Positions 58,746-64,000 of a DNA stretch of 64,000 nt are shown piece after piece. The position numbers and the translations under genes are program-made. Location of the stretch: assembly GCF_000006765.1 (NCBI RefSeq), contig NC_002516.2; one strand, written 5' to 3'. The first letter of the stretch is position 1. Each line of letters begins with the position of its first letter. The notes below the pieces were generated by a model. It did not search any database. It saw only the letters and a list, made by a program, of their open reading frames with translations, and was not told the DNA's origin. Source of the stretch: Pseudomonas aeruginosa PAO1 (lineage in GTDB: Bacteria; Pseudomonadota; Gammaproteobacteria; Pseudomonadales; Pseudomonadaceae).

Positions 58746-59753
58746 ATGCGCCTGCGTAACGTAGCGGGACTCGCTCTCGCCCTGGCGCTGTTCGCCGGAA
58801 TCTTGGGCTGGCTCCACGAACGGCAGCAACCGCCCGCGCAACCGCCTGCGAGCCGCGCCTGGCTGCCAGGGCTGAAACCGCACCAGGTGACCGCGCTGTG
58901 CATCGCCACCCCCGGCCAACCGACGATCCGCGCCAGGCGCGATGGCAAGGACTGGATGCTCGCCAGCAAGGACGGCTATCCCGCCTCGGGGGAAACCATC
59001 CGGCAGCTGTTGCGCAGCCTGGCCGACGCGCGCCTGCTGGAGGAAAAGAGCGCCTCGCCGGAAAACCGCGAACGCATGGGACTCTCCGACCAGGGCAAGG
59101 GCCAGGCCAGCCGGATCACCCTGGAGCGCGGCGACGCGCCGCCGCTGGTCCTGTTGCTGGGCAAGCGCACCTCGCAGGGCGGGCAGTTGGTCAGGCAGGC
59201 CGACGATGAGGGGGCCTGGCTGATCGACCGAACGGTCGGCCTGCCGGTCAACGACCTGGCCCTGCTCGACCCTCGGTTGACCGACCTGCCATTCGAACAG
59301 TTGCGCGAACTGACCCTGTCCTATGGCAACGGCGTACGGCTGAACATTTCCCGAGCCAGTGAAAAGGACGATGGCATCCGCCTGCGACAGTTCCCATCCA
59401 GGCCACAGTTGATGGGCGAGGCGGAAGCCGAGCAGGCCGCACGCCTGTTCGCTGCGCTCAGGCTGCTGGAGGTCGCGCCGGCCAAGGCCTCGCGGCAAAA
59501 ACCGCTGCTGACCTTCACGCTCAAGAGTTTCGCCGGCGGCACGCTGCAGGGCCAGCTTCTGGAACTGGAGCGCCAGTACTGGTTGCAACTGACCGACAGC
59601 AAGGGCTTCGCCGACGGGCAGGTCTCAGCCGTCAAGGGTTGGCGCTACCGCGTGGAGGGTCTGAGTCCGGATACCGCTCCCGCGCCCCAGCCACCCAAGG
59701 CATCGCCGGTGAAGCAAAGCAAGCCGGCCAAGCCCTCGTCGCCCAAGTGCTGA
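58746..59753 (+). CDS. DUF4340-like membrane-anchored periplasmic protein
   Basis: N-terminal TM helix, GYPA and MGL motifs; typical fourth gene of Gld-like ABC modules. Confidence 0.75.
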   Translation: MRLRNVAGLALALALFAGILGWLHERQQPPAQPPASRAWLPGLKPHQVTALCIATPGQPTIRARRDGKDWMLASKDGYPASGETIRQLLRSLADARLLEEKSASPENRERMGLSDQGKGQASRITLERGDAPPLVLLLGKRTSQGGQLVRQADDEGAWLIDRTVGLPVNDLALLDPRLTDLPFEQLRELTLSYGNGVRLNISRASEKDDGIRLRQFPSRPQLMGEAEAEQAARLFAALRLLEVAPAKASRQKPLLTFTLKSFAGGTLQGQLLELERQYWLQLTDSKGFADGQVSAVKGWRYRVEGLSPDTAPAPQPPKASPVKQSKPAKPSSPKC

Positions 59754-59841
59754 GCGCTCTCGTCAGGCGCCGCTCGCAGCCGGCGAAATAGAGCCCCGCG
59801 GGATGCTGGGCAGGACTGGCCGAGTTTGCTAGAGTAGCGCT

Positions 59842-59949
59842 TCCTTCACGAGCCCTCGGCTCGTCGATGCAGAATTCCTAAGGCAGGCGCGGCTTATCAG
59901 AAGTAAGCCAACCCCACCCCAGAAAAGCCGGCCACAAGCCGGCTTTTTT
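59842..59949 (+). ncRNA. Candidate small RNA
   Basis: Extended -10 TGcTAGAGT (59827-59835), hairpins at 59848-59864 and 59891-59909, terminator at 59923-59949; no ORF. Confidence 0.4.
59923..59949. terminator. Bidirectional intrinsic terminator
   Basis: AAAAGCCGGC-cacaa-GCCGGCTTTTTT. Confidence 0.9.
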
Positions 59950-59984
59950 AATGCCTCCGCACAACCCCAGCCAATCACCGTTCT

Positions 59985-61154
59985 CTAGGCCTCCAGAAGC
60001 TTGCGGAACAGCCCGGCAAGTGTCGCCTGGCGCTCGAAGCCGATACCAGGCGATTGTGGCAATCCCGCCAATCCCGAGGAAAACGGCAGGGCACCGGCGA
60101 AATCGTCGAATGGCCGGAAAGCCGACGGCGTAGCCTCGGCCCAACCCAGGCGCAGGGCCGCCACCAAGTGCAGGCTGAACAGGTAGCCGGCGTGCGGGCG
60201 GAAGGCCGCGCGCGGCCAACCCCGGGCGCACAGGTGGTCGAGTATCGCCAGGTAGCCCGGCAGGCCATAGCAATGCACGGGGTCGAACACCAGCACGTCG
60301 CGCTCCCGCCGCACGCCGCCATAGAGATCCAGCAAGCGAGCCTCGGCCAGGGAGAACAAGGCCTCGCCGGCACCGATGGGCCCCGGATAGATATCCGCCA
60401 CTTCGGCCTGGGTAGGGAAATCGTGGGGGTCGCAGATGTCCTCGAACCACCACAACCCCAGCGGCGCCAGGGCTTTCGCTGCGTCGACCGCGCCCTCCGC
60501 GTCGTAGCGGTTCATCGCGTCGACCGCCAGCCGCGAAGCGTCGCCGAGAACCCGCAGCGCCCTGTCGATACGGCGCCGGTCCTGGTCCAGCCCGGCCGCG
60601 CCGATCTTGATCTTGGCGTGGGTGTAGCCGAGATCGACGAAGCGCCGCAGTTCCTCTTCCAGGCGTCCCAGGTCGTCGTGCGGATAGGGGTAGCCGCCGC
60701 CGGCGTAGACCGGTACGCGCTGCGGATAGTCTTCCGCCAGCCCCAGGCGTCGCGCCAGGAAGCGATGCAGCGGCAGGCCGGCGGCCTTGGCCGCGGCATC
60801 CCACAGCGCCATGTCCAGGGCGCCCACCGCGACGCAGCGTTCGCCGTGGCCGCCGGGCTTCTCGTCGCGCATCATCAGGTCCCAGGCTCGCAACGGATCG
60901 ATGCCACTGCCGTCGTCGCTCGCCAGGCTGTCCGCCGGAGCCCCCAGCAGGCGCGGGGCGAAACGCTCGCGGATCAGCCCGCCCTGGGCGTAGCGCCCTA
61001 CCGAGGCGTGGCCGTAGCCGACCACACGCCGACCGTCGCGCACGATATCGGTGAGCACCGCCACCAGGCTGGTGCTCAAACCACCGGTGGCAGCCGCCAC
61101 GCCGGCGTAACGGGAAAGGGGAATACTGCGTTCCCGGACCTCCTGGATGCGCAT
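59985..61154 (-). CDS. Mandelate racemase/enolase-superfamily enzyme (D-tartrate dehydratase-like)
   Basis: True start MRIQEV lies inside the 1289-aa track ORF; [24 protein letters not shown] and GEAL motifs. Confidence 0.85.
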   Translation of the reverse strand: MRIQEVRERSIPLSRYAGVAAATGGLSTSLVAVLTDIVRDGRRVVGYGHASVGRYAQGGLIRERFAPRLLGAPADSLASDDGSGIDPLRAWDLMMRDEKPGGHGERCVAVGALDMALWDAAAKAAGLPLHRFLARRLGLAEDYPQRVPVYAGGGYPYPHDDLGRLEEELRRFVDLGYTHAKIKIGAAGLDQDRRRIDRALRVLGDASRLAVDAMNRYDAEGAVDAAKALAPLGLWWFEDICDPHDFPTQAEVADIYPGPIGAGEALFSLAEARLLDLYGGVRRERDVLVFDPVHCYGLPGYLAILDHLCARGWPRAAFRPHAGYLFSLHLVAALRLGWAEATPSAFRPFDDFAGALPFSSGLAGLPQSPGIGFERQATLAGLFRKLLEA

Positions 61155-61311
61155 CGCCTGTCGGCTCCTCCTCGCTGGACCTCTCTCCACCTTAGCCAAG
61201 GCCGCCGCCATGGTCGTCCCGATCGGTCGTAGCGACCTTCCGCCGATTTGCCCGGCCCCCGCCCCTCTGCTAGTGTCGCGGGGTTTTGTACACCTCGCCG
61301 AGACTCCCCCG

Positions 61312-61554
61312 ATGGCCCGCAAGAAAACCCTCGATTTCGAACAGTCCCTCACCGAGCTGCAAACCCTGGTGGAACGCCTGGAAAGCGGCGAGCTGTCGCT
61401 GGAAGAGTCGCTGGGCGCCTTCGAGCAGGGCATCCGCCTGACCCGCGAATGCCAGACGTCGCTGAGCCAGGCCGAACAGAAGGTACAGATCCTCCTCGAA
61501 CGCGACGGCGAGCTCAGCGAAGCGCCGTTCGATGCGGAAGGCGACGAGGCATGA
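61312..61554 (+). CDS. xseB: Exodeoxyribonuclease VII small subunit
   Basis: [25 protein letters not shown] motif. Confidence 0.97.
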   Translation: MARKKTLDFEQSLTELQTLVERLESGELSLEESLGAFEQGIRLTRECQTSLSQAEQKVQILLERDGELSEAPFDAEGDEA

Positions 61555-62438
61555 TCGCGGCCTACCAGGCGCGCTGCCAGGCGCGCGTCGATGCCGCCCT
61601 GGACGCCCTGTTCGTCGCTCCCCGCGAAGAACTGCAACGCCTCTACGAGGCCATGCGCTACAGCGTGATGAACGGTGGCAAGCGGGTTCGCCCGCTGCTC
61701 GCCTACGCCGCCTGCGAGGCCCTCGGCGGAGCGCCGCAGCGCGCCGACGCCGCGGCCTGCGCGGTGGAGCTGATCCATGCCTACTCGCTGGTCCACGACG
61801 ACCTGCCGGCGATGGACGACGACGACCTGCGCCGTGGCCAGCCGACCACCCACCGGGCCTTCGACGAAGCCACCGCGATCCTCGCCGCCGACGGCTTGCA
61901 GGCGCTGGCCTTCGAAGTGCTCGCCGACACCCGGCGCAATCCGCAGGAACATGCCGTCTGTCTGGAAATGCTCACCCGCCTGGCGCGCGCCGCAGGCTCC
62001 GCCGGCATGGTCGGCGGCCAGGCGATCGACCTCGGCTCGGTCGGCGTGGCCCTCGACCAGGCGGCCCTGGAAGTCATGCACCGGCACAAGACCGGCGCGC
62101 TGATCGAAGCCAGCGTGCGCCTCGGCGCCCTCGCCAGCGGTCGCGCCGAGCCCGCCTCGCTGGCCGCCCTGGAGCGCTACGCCGAAGCGATCGGCCTGGC
62201 CTTCCAGGTGCAGGACGACATCCTCGACGTGGAAAGCGACACCGCCACCCTCGGCAAGACCCAGGGCAAGGACCAGGCGCACAACAAGCCGACCTATCCC
62301 GCCCTGCTCGGCCTGGAGGCCGCCAAAGGCTATGCCCTGGAGCTGCGCGACCTGGCCCTGGCCGCCCTCGACGGTTTTCCGCCGAGCGCCGACCCGCTGC
62401 GCCAACTGGCCCGCTACATCGTCGAGCGACGCAACTGA
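61551..62438 (+). CDS. ispA: Farnesyl diphosphate synthase
   Basis: [29 protein letters not shown] and FQVQDDILD motifs. Confidence 0.97.
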   Translation: MIAAYQARCQARVDAALDALFVAPREELQRLYEAMRYSVMNGGKRVRPLLAYAACEALGGAPQRADAAACAVELIHAYSLVHDDLPAMDDDDLRRGQPTTHRAFDEATAILAADGLQALAFEVLADTRRNPQEHAVCLEMLTRLARAAGSAGMVGGQAIDLGSVGVALDQAALEVMHRHKTGALIEASVRLGALASGRAEPASLAALERYAEAIGLAFQVQDDILDVESDTATLGKTQGKDQAHNKPTYPALLGLEAAKGYALELRDLALAALDGFPPSADPLRQLARYIVERRN

Positions 62439-62546
62439 CCGACGGGTCGTCGGAAGTCCCCGGCAAAGGTAGGGGCTCCCTTGCTTGGGCGCGGCCGGTG
62501 CATCAGGTAAACTGCTGGCCTCTCCGGATTGCATAACGACAGCCTG

Positions 62547-64000
62547 ATGCCCAAGACGCTCCATGAGATTCCCCGCGAGCGCCCCGCCACGCCCCTGCTC
62601 GACCGCGCCTCTTCGCCGGCCGAACTGCGCCGGCTGGGCGAGGCGGACCTGGAAACCCTGGCCGACGAGCTGCGCCAGTACCTGCTGTATACCGTCGGCC
62701 AGACCGGCGGTCATTTCGGCGCCGGCCTCGGCGTGGTCGAGCTGACCATTGCCCTGCACTACGTCTTCGACACTCCGGACGACCGCCTGGTCTGGGACGT
62801 CGGCCACCAGGCCTATCCGCACAAGATCCTCACCGAGCGCCGCGAGCTGATGGGCACCCTGCGCCAGAAGAACGGCCTGGCGGCCTTCCCGCGCCGCGCA
62901 GAGAGCGAGTACGACACCTTCGGCGTCGGCCACTCCAGCACCTCCATCAGCGCCGCCCTGGGCATGGCCATCGCCGCCCGCCTGCAAGGCAAGGAGCGTA
63001 AGTCGGTGGCCGTGATCGGCGACGGTGCGCTGACCGCCGGCATGGCCTTCGAGGCACTCAACCACGCCTCGGAAGTCGACGCCGACATGCTGGTGATCCT
63101 CAACGACAACGACATGTCGATCTCGCACAACGTCGGCGGGCTCTCCAACTACCTGGCGAAGATCCTCTCCAGCCGCACCTATAGCAGCATGCGCGAGGGC
63201 AGCAAGAAGGTGCTCTCGCGCCTGCCCGGGGCCTGGGAGATCGCCCGGCGCACCGAGGAATACGCCAAGGGCATGCTGGTCCCCGGCACCCTGTTCGAGG
63301 AGCTCGGCTGGAATTACATCGGCCCGATCGACGGCCACGACCTGCCGACCCTGGTGGCTACCCTGCGCAACATGCGCGACATGAAGGGCCCGCAGTTCCT
63401 CCATGTGGTGACCAAGAAAGGCAAGGGCTTCGCCCCGGCCGAACTGGATCCGATCGGCTACCACGCGATCACCAAGCTGGAAGCTCCCGGCAGTGCGCCG
63501 AAGAAGACCGGCGGACCCAAGTATTCCAGCGTCTTCGGCCAGTGGCTGTGCGACATGGCCGCCCAGGACGCGCGCCTGCTCGGCATCACCCCGGCGATGA
63601 AGGAAGGTTCCGACCTGGTGGCCTTCAGCGAACGTTATCCGGAACGCTACTTCGACGTCGCCATCGCCGAACAGCATGCCGTGACCCTGGCCGCCGGCAT
63701 GGCCTGCGAGGGCATGAAGCCGGTGGTAGCGATCTACTCGACCTTCCTCCAGCGCGCCTACGACCAGTTGATCCATGACGTCGCCGTGCAGCACCTCGAC
63801 GTGCTGTTCGCCATCGACCGCGCCGGCCTGGTCGGCGAGGACGGCCCGACCCACGCCGGTAGCTTCGACATCTCCTACCTGCGCTGCATCCCCGGCATGC
63901 TGGTGATGACCCCCAGCGACGAGGACGAGCTGCGCAAGCTGCTCACCACCGGCTACCTGTTCGATGGCCCGGCCGCGGTGCGCTATCCGCGCGGCAGCGG
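62547..64000 (+). CDS. dxs: 1-deoxy-D-xylulose-5-phosphate synthase (3' end outside window)
   Basis: [36 protein letters not shown] and IAEQHA motifs. Confidence 0.98.
   Translation, partial: MPKTLHEIPRERPATPLLDRASSPAELRRLGEADLETLADELRQYLLYTVGQTGGHFGAGLGVVELTIALHYVFDTPDDRLVWDVGHQAYPHKILTERRELMGTLRQKNGLAAFPRRAESEYDTFGVGHSSTSISAALGMAIAARLQGKERKSVAVIGDGALTAGMAFEALNHASEVDADMLVILNDNDMSISHNVGGLSNYLAKILSSRTYSSMREGSKKVLSRLPGAWEIARRTEEYAKGMLVPGTLFEELGWNYIGPIDGHDLPTLVATLRNMRDMKGPQFLHVVTKKGKGFAPAELDPIGYHAITKLEAPGSAPKKTGGPKYSSVFGQWLCDMAAQDARLLGITPAMKEGSDLVAFSERYPERYFDVAIAEQHAVTLAAGMACEGMKPVVAIYSTFLQRAYDQLIHDVAVQHLDVLFAIDRAGLVGEDGPTHAGSFDISYLRCIPGMLVMTPSDEDELRKLLTTGYLFDGPAAVRYPRGS

Noticed and set aside
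59985-63854. 1289-aa minus-strand ORF as a single giant protein
   Set aside because: Only 59985-61154 is a real enolase-family gene; the rest is antisense to xseB-ispA-dxs.

Overview
High-GC Pseudomonas DNA. Gene content and order match my recollection of the P. aeruginosa PAO1 segment from about PA3984 (lnt) to PA4044 (dxs); no database was consulted. It is mostly core genome: lnt, leuS-lptE-holA, arfA, sltB3, the lipA-lipB-ybeD-dacC-rlpA-sltB1-rodA-pbpA-rlmH-rsfS-nadD-proA cluster, DedA/PAP2, cidA/lrgB, ubiX-mpl, a sigma54-controlled ethanolamine cluster, ppa, a response regulator-mucE-aqpZ-FecR-CHASE2 kinase locus, a GldA/F/G-like ABC module and xseB-ispA-dxs. The most striking element is a complete IS110-family (IS1111 group, ISPa11-like) insertion sequence at 9544-10915. 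It has 13-bp sub-terminal inverted repeats, no target duplication, and sits inside a GTAG-type REP. Its downstream non-coding region folds into two tandem hairpins with internal loops. One loop carries sequences matching both sides of the REP target and the other carries sequences matching both sides of the IS circle junction, which is the layout of an RNA-guided recombinase (bridge/seek RNA). Circularisation would also assemble a sigma70 promoter. Other notable items are an arfA gene missed by the ORF track with a terminator inside its CDS, a candidate sRNA at about 59842-59949, an RhlA/PhaG-like hydrolase with a PilZ-like tail, a pseudo-phosphatase/pseudokinase, and a MORN-repeat caspase-like lipoprotein. 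No rRNA, tRNA or CRISPR array was seen.
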